From the NCBI GenBank assembly GCA_030704615.1, contig CM060734.1, positions 16,306,001-16,370,000 of the forward strand: DNA of 64,000 nt. Direction: 5' to 3'. The stretch's first letter is position 1. Each line of letters starts with the position of its first letter. Below, one piece after another: positions 1 to 13,400 of this stretch. Below the pieces are notes generated by a model. It worked only from the letters and a program-made list of their open reading frames with translations. It was not told where the DNA came from and did no database searches. The position numbers and the translations under genes were made by a program. Origin of the DNA: Takakia lepidozioides (Eukaryota; Plantae; Bryophyta).

Positions 1-19
1 CATCTAAAATCGCACGCAC

Positions 20-3000
20 CCAATAATCAATGCCTTCACAAGTGGTACCCCAGCCAATGAGCTTCACAGCATGGCCTCCCATGTAGTTGCCATCCAAATG
101 CTTGTACACACCTGTCTTGTAATGAGCAAAGTCCTGCCAGTTCAAAGGCATGATGAAAAGCGATTCAACTTGTTGGACAACAAAAAGCACAGCCACTGTC
201 CATTTTTAGTGAGATGCTGCAATCAGTTTTTTACTACAACAAGACTAGAATTGCAGTAGTCTGCAGTTACAGATGGCACCCACTGTACCAAGTGTAATGT
301 ATCTGGGATGTCACTCCAAAATCAGCCAGAAATGTAGACTTTCCTGGAACGGTGATTTCAGTACAAAAAGATGTTTAGCTTCCCATGGGCACCCTTTTGG
401 GAAGCATGCAGCTGTCTGTATGCTGGCAAGGCTCATAATCTCAAATAGTATATCATAACACCATACAGACAGCAACATATGTCCAACATCAGATATCCTA
501 AGTTAAACAACTCTATATCTTGGAAGCAGGATCACCCTGTCAAACAGGCTAAGTCCTGGCGGAAGAGAATGGACTCATAAGACGTTGTTTGCTGTAGCCG
601 TGTGGCCATTGACCCCTGGCGGAAGAGATTGTATTCATAAGACGTTGTTTGCCGTAGCCTTGTGGCCATTGACCCCGCGCCCAGTTTGAGCGGGAACAAA
701 AGGGACAGAACCTACCTCTGTCAGGGGCTGACGTTGGTAGTAAGACTTACCTTCATATATAGAATTAATCCGGGTTTTCCAGATATCCTCTAGAAATCCC
801 TTCGCACAAGCATCAATCTGCTGTGTGTGATTTGCCCAAAAACTAGGCCTCAGGAGGGCCTGGGCTTTTGGCTCAGCCTCGAGACTTTCAAAGCTGGTAA
901 ACAGGGGTACAGGCACAATTCCTTGATAGAATTGAAGAGAGCGTCTCTTTGGTGAGAGAACCCCGGACAGTGTATCAGAAAATGAATACTGTCTTCAGAT
1001 TGCCCACACAGCGGGCAATTGCACTCTCCCTTTCCTCTCTGCTTCTGTTTGCTGTTCAAAGGTAGGCTTCCTGCCCTGAGTTTAAATTTCAGTCTAGTGC
1101 CGAGAGTGGGTAGACCCTTGAGGTCATCCAAGATGTCCTCCCCCATGTCACTGACTGGAAACAAGGTCAGGGAAGTTTTCTGCCTAACTTCAATTTCATC
1201 AGACAATCTCATGGCAACAGACATGGCTTTGGACACTACAGCCTCTAAGTTAGTCAGATTTATCCAGCAGGGTCAAGACTTGCGGATCCAGGTCCAGGTC
1301 CTTGAGAATCTCTTCTGCCAGGACTGAGCCTGTTTGACAGGACGGATTCATCTCGTCGGGAGCTTAAGGACGGAATGCCAAACTCACCCCGAACAGCCAC
1401 ATTGGCTGTTTTGGAGCATGCTGACATACACTCCTTAAGCACCCCCACTTGAATGGATTCTAGAGACTTAGCCTGGTTGGAGTTATCAACCCATATTGCA
1501 GATCCGTACTCCAAGGCAGGTCTAATAACGCGACAAAGCATGGTTTTCTTAACCTCAGAGTTGACCCCTCTGCAGTGGAAAAATTTAGTGAGCCCAGGAG
1601 CTTTGCCCTTGCCAGTTTGAACAACTTTCCGGATATGTGCATCCCAATTACAATTGGAGGAAAACTCAACGCCCAGGTAAGTGTAGGAAGGGAGGACCGG
1701 GATCTCTTGGCTACCCCACTGCCACTTAAGATCACTTCCTCCCTCTCCTCTGTCGTTGAATGCTCCCACTGCACATTTGCTGACATTAGCCTCTAGCCCC
1801 CAAAAATCAAAGTATCTCTTCGCGCAATCAATCAACTCCTGGAGATTGGTTGGAGTCTCCCCTATGCCTGCGAAGTCAACCGCAAACATAAGGGCTGGTA
1901 TGGTGGTATCACCCACCCTAAACCCAAATCCCTCACTTTCCACATCCTCGAGGAGTTGATTGATGAAAACATTGAAGAGCAGAGGGGAGAGAGTACATCC
2001 TTGAGCTACACCTTGGTCTATGTCAAAGAAGTTGGACTTCTGTCCGTTAACAGTGACACAGCTTTTGGTGTGAGCATACAAGTTGTGGACAACTCTCCAC
2101 ATCTTTCCCTTGATCCCACAAGACCAGAGGCGGAACCATAGGCCATCTCTCCACACTGTGTCATAAGCCTTTTTGACATCCAGGAAAAAAACATAAGTGG
2201 GTTTCCCTTCTTTTTTCCTTCCCTGGATAATCTGGCTTAGAGTGAAGATATGATCCACACAGCCCCTGTTTCGCCGAAAGCCAGCTTGGCCTTTGTGGAA
2301 ACAACCTCTAGACTCCAGATCAACCTCGAGACGAGTACTTATAACTCTGCAGAATGTCTTGCCAACAGCATTGAGGAGCGTGATGCCACGGTAGTTCCCC
2401 GGTTCTTCTCTGTCACCCTTCTTGTATAGATTGACAATGACCCCCCTGTCGCCAGCGAAAGGGGATCCATCCGGTCCACCAGCTTTATATCCATTTAAAT
2501 GTTCAATTGCTTCCACAATCTCAGAAGAACTAATGGGAGCGTTATAAGCCATTGAAATATACTCCAGTTCATCAGGGCTGTTTTGAATCATAGGAACAGT
2601 TTTTCCAACTGTGTCCCTCCATTCAGCAGAAGACCCCTCACTGTTAGACCTAGAAGTTCTACCAAGGATACTGTAGTGAGTTTCAAAGGTTTTAACAATG
2701 TCAACCAATGAAGTCACCACTGCACCTTTAGTAGTCTTCAGCGCTTGTACTTGCTGACCGTTTTTCGGCTTGTACAAACGTTGAAGGGCCAACCAGAATT
2801 TCTTGTCATTACCACCATGGTGGTTTGAGTTTATTTCACTGTATAACTTGTCCCAGTATAATTTCTTCTGAGACCTAACAAGCTGATTGATATCTTTACG
2901 GAGCTGGTAGTACCTCGCCCACAATTCTCTGTTGGTTTTCAAATTGTAGCACTCTTTATAGAGGGCTTGTCTCTCAGCTATCTTCAGTTTAATCTCATTG

Positions 3001-4425
3001 GTCCACCAATTAACAGCTCTACCGCAGACAATTAGTTTCCTCCCAATGATCTTGTCAGCCACGGAGGAAACGAAACTCTCCCAAGAGTCCACTGCTCTTT
3101 CGACTTCATTTCTTGCGTTGTCAGAGCGAGACTAGAGTTCTTGGAGCGATTGAACAAAATGAGGGAGAGCCTTTTGCAAGGCCTGGACGTACTCAGCCTT
3201 GACCTCCTCATTATGGAATTTTTCTATGCGCCACTTCCGAATCGAACGTTTCACAGATCTCTTGGTGTTGGGAAAACACCTTTTGATCTCAGTCCAAACC
3301 AGGAAGTGGTCAGAGGTACCAATATCAGTTCTATCGATCAACACATTGGCACACTGGGGAAACAAATTTTTGTCCATTATGATATAGTCCACAATGGAAC
3401 GTTCCCCAGTTTGGGATTTCTCACGAGTCCACTGCACTTGGTCACCTCTTGTCCTGTTATTCAAGGTCAAAAGCTGAAGCTCTTCCAGACAGTTAATTAA
3501 CCGTCTGCCATTAGAATTCAGCTCGCCCTCACCAAAAGGCCCAATGATATCGTCCTGATGGAGCCCTTTGCCCACCTGGGCATTGAAGTCACCCAATAGC
3601 AGGCAAGGAACGAAGCACAGTCCAGCTTTACATCTTCGAAGGCTTTGTCTGCGTCAACACTAAGGGTCCCCTCTGTGGGCATGTATACACAACCCACAAA
3701 GAGGTCCTTCGTATTCACGCACTTCAGATTCAGTTTTAGCCAGACAGTAGATTCTCAAAGATCTGAATCTTAGCCCGCAAGTCTTCACCCTGCTGGATAA
3801 ATCTGACTTAGAGGCTGTAGTGTCCAAAGCCATGTCTGTTGCCAGGAAATTGTCTGATGAAAATGATGTTAGGCAGAAAACTTTCCTGAACTTGTTTCCA
3901 GTCTGTGACATGGGGGAGGACATCTTGGATGACCTCAAGGGTCTACCCACTCTCGGCACTAGGCTGAAATTTAAACTCGGGGCAGGAAAACTACCTTTGA
4001 ACAGCAAACAGAAGCAGAGAGGAAAGGGAGAGTGCAATTGCCCGTTGTGTGGGCAACCTGAAGATAATATTCATTTTCCGATTCCTTGTCCGGGGTTCTC
4101 TCACCAGAGAGACGCTCTCTTCAAATCTATCAAGGGAATTGTGCCTGTACCTCTGTTTACCAACTTGAAAGTCTCGAGGCTGAGCCAAAAGCCCAGGCCC
4201 TTTTGGGGCCTAGTTATTGGGCAAACCACACACAGCAGGTTGATGCTTGTGTAAAGGGATTTCTAGAGGATATCTGGAAAACCCGGGTCAATTGTTTATT
4301 CCAAGGTAAGTCTTACTACCAGTGTCAGCCCCTGACAAAGGTAGGTTCTGTCCCGTTGTGTTCCGCTCAAACTGGGCACGGGGTCAATGGCCACAAGGCT
4401 ATGGCAAACAACGTCTTATGAGTAG

Positions 4426-4462
<37 letters not shown>

Positions 4463-7400
4463 TGAGACTCAAGATAGCCGAGAGACGAGCCCTCTATAAA
4501 GAGTGCCGCAATTTGAAAACCAACAGAGAATTGTGGGCGAGGTACTACCAGCTCCATAAAGATATCAATCAGCTTGTTAGGTCTCAGAAGAAATTATACT
4601 GGGACAAGTTATACAGTGAAATAAACTCAAACCACCATGGTGGTAATGACAAGAAATTCTGGTTGGCCCTTCAACGTTTGTACAAGCCGAAAAACGGTCA
4701 GCAAGTACAAGCGCTGAAGACTACTAAAGGTGCAGTGGTGACTTCATCGGTTGACATTGTCAAAACCTCAAAACAGCCCTGATGAACTGAAGTATATTTC
4801 AATGGCTTATAATGCTCCCATTAGTTCTTCTGAGATTGTGGAAGCAATTGAACATTTAAATGGATATAAAGCTGGTGGACCTGATGGTATTGTCAACGAG
4901 CTTATCAAGCACGGTGGCGATCCCATGATAGAGGCCCTAGTTCTCCTCTTTAACCTTATCTGGAAGACTGAAATGATCCCCTTTCGCTGGCGACAGGGGT
5001 CATTGTCAATCTATACAAGAAGGGTGACAGAGAAGAACCGGGGAACTACCGTGGCATCACGCTCCTCAATGCTGTTGGCAAGACATTCTGCAGAGTTATA
5101 AGTACTCGTCTCGAGGTTGATCTGGAGTCTAGAGGTTGTTTCCACAAAGGCCAAGCTGGCTTTCGGCGAAACAGGGGCTGTGTGGATCATATCTTCACTC
5201 TAAGCCAGATTATCCAGGGAAGGGAAAAAGAAGGGAAACCCACTTATGTCTTTTTCCTGGATGTCAAAAAGGCTTATGACACAGTGTGGAGAGATGGCCT
5301 ATGGTTCCGCCTCTGGTCTTGTGGGATCAAGGGAAAGATGTGGAGAGTTGTCCACAACTTGTATGCTCACACCAAAAGCTGTGTCACTGTTAACGGACAG
5401 AAGTCCAACTTCTTTGACATAGACCAAGGTGTAGCTCAAGGATGTACTCTCTCCCCTCTGCTCTTCAATGTTTTCATCAATCAACTCCTCGAGGTTGTGG
5501 AAAGTGAGGGATTTGGGTTTAGGGTGGGTGATACCACCATACCAGCCCTTATGTTTGCGGATGACTTTGCAGGCATAGGGGAGACTCCAACCAATCTCCA
5601 GGAGTTGATTGATTGCGCGAAGAGATACTTTGATCTTTGGGGGCTAGAGGCTAATGTCAGCAAATGTGCAGTGGCAGCATTCAACGACAGAGGAGAGGGA
5701 GGAAGTGATCTTAAGTGGCAGTGGGGTAGCCAAGAGATCCCGGTCCTCCCTTCCTACACTTGCCTGGGCGTTGAGTTTTCCTCCAATTGTAATTGGGATG
5801 CACATATCCGGAAAGTTGTTCAAACTGGCAAGGGCAAAGCTCTGGGGCTCACTAAATTTTTCCACTGCAGAGGGGTCAACTCTGAGGTTAAGAAAACCAT
5901 GCTTTGTCGCGTTATTAGACCTGCCTTGGAGTACGGATCTGCTATATGGGTTGATAACTCCAACCAGGCTAAGTCTCTAGAATCCATTCAAGTGGGGGTG
6001 CTTAAGGAGTGTATGTCAGCATGCTCCAAAACAGCCAATGTGGCTGTTCGGGGTGAGTTTGGCATTCCGTCCTTAAGCTCCCGACGAGATGAATTCAAGG
6101 TCAGATGGTGGGGTCAGCTGAAACATATGCCCAACACCAGATATCCTAAGTTAATCGACTCTATATCTTGGAAACAGGACCGCCCTGTCAAACAGGCTAA
6201 GTCCTGGCAGAAGAGAGTAGAAGAGATCCTCAAGGACCTGGACCTGGATCCGCAAGTCTTGACCCTGCTGGATAAATCTGACTTAGAGGCTGTAGTGTCC
6301 AAAGCCATGTCTGTTGCCATGAGATTGTCTGATGAAAATGAAGTTAGGCACAAAACTTCCCTGAACTTGTTTCCAGTCTGTGACATGGGGGAGGACATCT
6401 TGGATGACCTCAAGGGTCTACCCACTCTCGGCACTAGACTGAAATTTAAACTCAGGGCAGGAAGCCTACCTTTGAACAGCAAACAGAAGCAGAGAGGAAA
6501 GGGAGAGTGCAATTGCCCGTTGTGTGGGCAATCTGAAGACAGTATTCATTTTCTGATACACTGTCCGGGGTTCTCTCACCAAAGAGACGCTCTCTTCAAA
6601 TCTATAAAGGGAATTGTGCCTGTACCTCTGTTTACCAACTTTGAAAGTCTCGAGGCTGAGCCAAAAGCCCAGGCCCTCCTGAGGCCTAGTTTTTGGGCAA
6701 ATCACACACAGCAGATTGATGCTTGTGTGAAGGGATTTCTAGAGGATATCTGGAAAACCCGGATTAATTCTATATATGGAGGTAAGTCTTACTACCAACG
6801 TCAGCCCCTGACAGAGGTAGGTTCTGTCCCTTTTGTTCCCGCTCAAACTGGGCGCGGGGTCAATGGCCACAAGGCTACGGCAAACAACGTCTTATGAGTA
6901 CAATCTCTCTCTCTCTGCAGTGGGGAAGCCAAGAGATTCCTGTCCTCCGTTCCTACACATACCTTGGCGTTGAGTTTTCCTCTTACTGTAATTGGGATGC
7001 ACATAGAGGCTGTAGTGTACAAAGCCATGTCTGTTGCCAGGAAATTGTCTGATAAAATGGAGGTTAGGCAGAAAACTTCCCTGAACTTGTTTCCAGTCTG
7101 TGACATGGGGGAGGCCATCATGGATGACCTCAAGGGTCTACCCACTCTCGGCACTAGACTGAAATTTAAACTCACGGCGGGAAGCCTACCTTTGAACAGC
7201 AAACAGAAGCAGAGAGGAAAGGGGGATTGCAAACGCCCGTTGTGTGGGCAACCTGAAGACAATATTCATTTTCTGATTATTGTCCTGGGTACTCTCACCA
7301 GTGAGACATCCTCTTCAAATCCATCAAGGGAATTGTACCTGTACCACTGTTAACCAACTTTGAAAGTCTCGAGGCTGAGCCAAAAGCCCAGGCCCTTTTG

Positions 7401-10400
7401 CGGCGTAGTTATCGGGCAAACCACACACAGCAGATTGACGCTTGTGTAAAGGGATTTCTAGAGGATATTTGGAAAACTCGGATCAACTGTCTGTTTCCAA
7501 GATAAGTCATACTACCAGTGTCACCCCCTGGCAAAGGTAGTTTCTGTCCCTTTCTGTTATGCTCAAACCCAGGTAGTTTCTGTCCCTTTCTGTTATGCTC
7601 AAACCGGGTGCTGGGTCAATGACCACAAGGCTACGGCAAACAACGTCTTATGAGGGACATAAATCACCTAGGCCCCAAAAGGGCCTGGGCTTTTGGCTCA
7701 GCCTCGAGACTTTCAAAGTTGATAAACAGAGGATGTATTTGTAGAGGGCATCTCTCTGGTGAGAGTACACGGGACAATGAATCAGAAAGTGAATATTGTC
7801 TTCAGGTTGCCCACACAAGGGGCATTTGCAATCCCCCTTTCCTCTCTGCTTCTGTTTGCTGTTCAAAGGTAAACTTCCCGCCCTGAGTTTAAATTTCAGT
7901 CTAGTGCCGAGAGTGGGTAAACGGCAGAGAGCACACGGAGGTGAAAGAGGCCACAAGGCTAAGTCTTTGCCTCCTTGTTTTGTTTGCTGCTTCTTGAGAT
8001 TTTTAGAGTTTGTGTTAAGCCACCTCTCATAGCCTGTGTTTTCTTACAATGCGTGCACGGCTATTGCACCCATTGAACGGTTGTGGTTGAAGCCCCTCTT
8101 TTGCCCGCACGTGCTTGAACATGTGTGCGACACATGTGCGGAGACACAACGGACGAATAAATCATTTGCCTCCCCATCGACGCGCTCCCCCCTCAAGCCA
8201 TTCCACATTTTTAATTGAATTTAAATTTATTTTAAGCCAATAAATAGGTTTGCACTGCCTTTCAGTGGGTTTCTGGCACGTATCGATTTTGTTTTTGGCT
8301 CAATTTTGTTCTGCGGCTTCCAGCATCCCGCGGCTACTCCCCCGCCAAAATTTGGACCAATCAAAAATGCCCCCCCAAAAAAGGTGTTCTCTTTCGCTCA
8401 CTATTGCAGAACTCTCTATGAAGAGTGCATGAAGCTTTTCTAGTGTTTATGATGAACTGCATGAAATTCTATCATGCTTCCTCTAAACAGTCCTGTAATT
8501 CTTCTTTCAATCAGCTTTAGCATGCTTCTACTCTTCAAGAGTGCCCTTTTGATTTCATGGTATCCACTGACCTGACATGGCAACTCATGTAATCTGGTTT
8601 ATCCTTCCTAAGACCTTTTAAAGTGATGTGTGATGTGACCTTTGCCCTCCCACCCACTTCGTCCTGTTCTTTGCAAAAGTTGCTCCTGTTCTAGGATGTA
8701 TTGGTCCTCTACAGTTAGCTGAACTAAACAGACCTGATCTGCTTTTACAGATCTGGTCTTGTTCCTTTTTTGTACCCTAAAGTGGTATTCTCAACAAAAA
8801 ACTACTTGACCTTGATCTATGCATTGCTGGTTTTTATTGGGTTGTGTTGATAGAGCCCTTTCTAAGGCTGATGATGTCTTTCTCTTAAAAGGAAGCAATC
8901 TGAATCAGACTTCTTCTTTACTAGGCTTGACATGACTAGTCTTATATCTCACACTCTCTCTAAATCCGTGCAGTATGGGTTGATAACTCCAACCAGGCTA
9001 AGTCTCTAGAATCCATTCAAGAGGGGGTGCGTAAGGAGTGCATGTCAGCTTGTTTTCGGGGTGAGTTTGGCATCCCTTCCTTAAGCTCCCGATGAGATGA
9101 ATTCAAGGTCAGATGGTGGGGTCAGCTGCAACATATGTCTAATATCAGATATCCTAAGTTAATCAACTCTATACCTTGGAAACAGGATCGCCCTGTCAAC
9201 CAGGCTAAGTCCTGGCGGAAGAGAGTAGAAGAGATTCTCAAGGATCTGAATCTAAGCCCACAAGTCTTGAACTTGCTGGATAAATCTGACTTAGAGGCTG
9301 TAGTGTCCAAAGCCATGTCTGTTGAAATTGTCTGATGAAAATGAGGTTAGGCAGAAAATTTCCCTGAACTTGACATGCGAGAGGCCATCATGGATGACCT
9401 CAAGGGTTTACCCACCCTCGGCACTAGACTGAAATTTAAACTCAGGGCAGGAAGCCTACCTTTGAACAGCAAACAGATGCAGAGAAGAAAGAGGGATTGC
9501 AATTCCCCGTTGTGTGGGCAACCTGAAGACAATATTCATTTTCTAATTCATTGTCCTGGGTACTCTCATGAGAGAGACGCCCTCTTCAAATCCATGAAGG
9601 GAATTGTGCCTGTACCTCTGTTTACCAACTTTGAAATTCTTGAGGCTGAGCCAAAAACCCAGGCCCTTTTAGGGCCTAGTTATTGGGCAAATCACGCACA
9701 GCAGATTGATGCTTGTGTGAAGGGGTTTCTAGAGGATATCTGGAAAACTCGGATTAATTGTCTGTTCCAAGGTAAGTCAGACTACTGGCATCAGCCCCTG
9801 ACAAAGATAGTTTCTGTCCCTTTGTGCTCTGCTCAAACTGAGCGCGGGGTCAATGGCCACAAGGCTACAGCAAACAACGTCTTATGAGACATTCTCTCAA
9901 TCCTTGGATGTTCCATTGTCTGGATATACTTTTTTCTCTTTCATAGAAGGAAATAAAAAGCAAATCTAGCCTGATGACAGATGTCCACCTTGAATCCCTA
10001 CATGTTTCGCAGATGTTCGTTTGGGTTTCAGGCTTCTGGACACCTGCCCTTCAAACATTTACATCTTCTAACTTTAGGGCTTCTGGAAACTCTCTATATA
10101 CCTCTCTACAATCAAAGCCCAAACTCAGAAGTTCATACAACAAGAGATGGCCCTCACTTGCACCCGTCCCATAAAATGCACCACAAGCATGTGAAGTGGG
10201 TTAGTGAGGATGTGGGAGGTGAATGGCAGACACTCTTGCATGCTATAGCTCTCCAATTATGAACTACCAAGTAAGGTTTAAGACTAAGAGGCAAACAATC
10301 ACTTGAGCATAGGGTTGCAAGCAAATTACAATGGAGAGAGTGTGTATCACCAATATCACCTGATTTATTTTACAAAAAGTAGGTGGCTGTGACATTTTCA

Positions 10401-13400
10401 GCAGAAACCAGCCCACAAAAGCCTCAGAATTGCAGCTCTCAGTGTAGATATCCTTCATTTCTCCAAGTGGGTGGTTGAGGGAAGAGGTTTGGGCAACCGC
10501 ATTGCCCCGGTTACGGCCGTTAGAAGGTGTCCACCTTCCAAACAGAAGGCAGCAGCCCTTTGGGGTGAAGTGACACCATAAGTTACGCTTGCTTCGGCAG
10601 GAGTCTTCCTCCTCTCTCTTACAGAAGAAGTACTTGTACTAAGGAGTGCTAGGGAAGAGTTCTATACCTTCTCCTTTGGCTCAACTAGCTTGGATGAAAC
10701 AGAGAGTTTTTGTGAAGTTAAGATACCATGTTTTTCCTTTTTGCAATTAACTCTAGGCTGATTGCATAAGTTGCTAGCCAAACCAAGGGTAGTAATGTTG
10801 CTTATGGTTTCAACCTAAACACCAAAACTTATGAGCTGATAGAACCTTCAGTACACTGAGTTTCATGTTAAGTGCTGAAAACATATTGTGGAAGAAGCTA
10901 ACTAAAGCTCACATTTGAGCAATGAAGGAAGGGAAAAGGTGAAGAAAAACAAAGTCAACTCCCCCCCCCAAAAAATCACCTCTGACTTGAGTTCTGATAC
11001 TAGAGTGCAAGTGATGGCTGTATTGTCTTGAAAAATTAAGATCTGACCTTGTATAGACAGAGACCTACTAGTCTAGAGAAGACAAGCCCTACCTCTCTCT
11101 CTTTTCCCTTGAATGTGGCTATGTTCTTTGTAACAGTACTCAAAAATTGCAGCCTGATCCCATTATGCTGTCCAGAATATTTTGCCTAGAACGGAACGGG
11201 AAAATGGAGAACAGGATGACTCATTAGGGTTCTCCCTAGGTCTCAACCTAAGCCTGGCCACTCCTCTCATTTGGAAGAGGAGCAGGCAAGAGCTGAAGGA
11301 GCTGACTACCTTACCGCTGCTCACTATGGCTTCAAGCAAGGTATCACATTCAAACACCTTAAACATCTTGAAGGGCTGCTTACTATGGCAACACAAAGAG
11401 AGTTGACACTATGAGGAGTTGGCTAAGCTCTACTCTGAATCTAGGAGATCAAGGGCTTCTAGCTGTGCCCCCGCTTGAGTACTTGGTCTAGTAACAACTT
11501 CCTTTTCGGAATGAGTGCTTACTGACACCACCAACCCCTCCCTTTGGACACGAACAAGCAGCTTGGCAGAGTACCCGCCATCTCATCTCTCTCCCTCCTT
11601 TGCGCTTCATGCAGGCATGGGCTGAAATAGGTACTGCTGAGATGTGTACCTACTACTGACTGAAATGGGTGAAAGGACCTCCCTTACCTCTCCTCTTTGC
11701 TAGTATGACCTGCTGCAGGGAGGATTTTGATAACAAACGTGAAGGGGTTTATGCCTGGGGTTCCACAGGGATTACTAACCTGTTGATTGGCTGTGATGGA
11801 TCCAGGTGAGGCCACTTCACCTTCTTCTGTTGCAGGAAATGCTACTAAGGGCAAGAGACTAAGGGAGTGAGGCTTTGAGCTCTCTCAAACCTCAAATCTG
11901 TTTGTATGTGTTGATTTTGTACACATACTACTGCTGTTTTGCCCTGGGGTTGAAGGATCTATGAGGTTTACCTACATGGAAAGGAGTTACCTTTAAGGAG
12001 ACACTTGTGCTGTTCCCACTGCTACTCTAGCTTTCTATAAGCTATGAAAGTGAGGGGGTAGATCTGTTAGAGATGGCCTATGGTTCCGCCTCTGGTCTTG
12101 TGGGATCAAGGGAAAGATGTGGAGAGTTGTCCACAACTTGTATGCTCACACCAAAAGCTGTGTCACTGTTAACGGACAGAAGTCCAACTTCTTTGACATA
12201 GACCAAGGTGTAGCTCAAGGATGTACTCTCTCCCCTCTGCTCTTCAATGTTTTCATCAATCAACTCCTCGAGGATGTGGAAAGTGAGGGATTTGGGTTTA
12301 GGGTGGGTGATACCACCATACCAGCCCTTATGTTTGCGGATGACTTCGCAGGCATAGGGGAGACTCCAACCAATCTCCAGGAGTTGATTGATTGCGCGAA
12401 GAGATACTTTGATCTTTGGGGGCTAGAGGCTAATGTCAGCAAATGTGCAGTGGCAGCATTCAACGACAGAGGAGAGGGAGGAAGTGATCTTAAGTGGCAG
12501 TGGGGTAGCCAAGAGATCCCGGTCCTCCCTTCCTACACTTGCCTGGGCGTTGAGTTTTCCTCCAATTGTAATTGGGATGCACATATCCGGAAAGTTGTTC
12601 AAACTGGCAAGGGCAAAGCTCTGGGGCTCACTAAATTTTTCCACTGCAGAGGGGTCAACTCTGAGGTTAAGAAAACCATGCTGTGTCGCGTTATTAGACC
12701 TGCCTTGGAGTACGGATCTGCAATATCGGTTGATAACTCCAACCAGGCTAAGTCTCTAGAATCATTCAAGTGGGGGTGCTTAAGGAGTGTATGTCAGCAT
12801 GCTCCAAAACAGCCAATGTGGCTGTTCAGGGTGAGTTTGGCATTCCATCCTTAAGCTCCCGACGAGATGAATTCAAGGTCAGATGGTGGGGTCAGCTGCA
12901 ACATATGCCCAACACCAGATATCCTAAGTTAATCGACTCTATATCTTGGAAACAGGACCGCCCTGTCAAACAGGCTAAGTCCTGGCAGAAGAGAGTAGAA
13001 GAGATTCTCAAGGACCTGGACCTGGATCCGCAAGTCTTGACCCTGCTGGATAAATCTGACTTAGAGGCTGTAGTGTCCAAAGCCATGTCTGTTGCCATGA
13101 GATTGTCTGATGAAAATGAAGTTAGGCACAAAACTTCCCTGAACTTGTTTCCAGTCAGTGACATGGGGGAGGACATCTTGGATGACCTCAAGGGTCTACC
13201 CACTCCCGGCACTAGACTGAAATTTAAACTCAGGGCAGGAAGCCTACCTTTGAACAGCAAACAGAAGCAGAGAGGAAAGGGAGAGTGCAATTGCCCGTTG
13301 TGTGGGCAATCTGAAGACAGTATTCATTTTCTGATACACTGTCCGGGGTTCTCTCACCAAAGAGACGCTCTCTTCAAATCTATAAAGGGAATTGTGCCTG

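Noticed and set aside
6870-6900. Hammerhead ribozyme at the LINE end (AAAC..GTC..CTTATGA)
   Set aside because: There is no CUGANGA core and no stem I between GUC and the look-alike motif.
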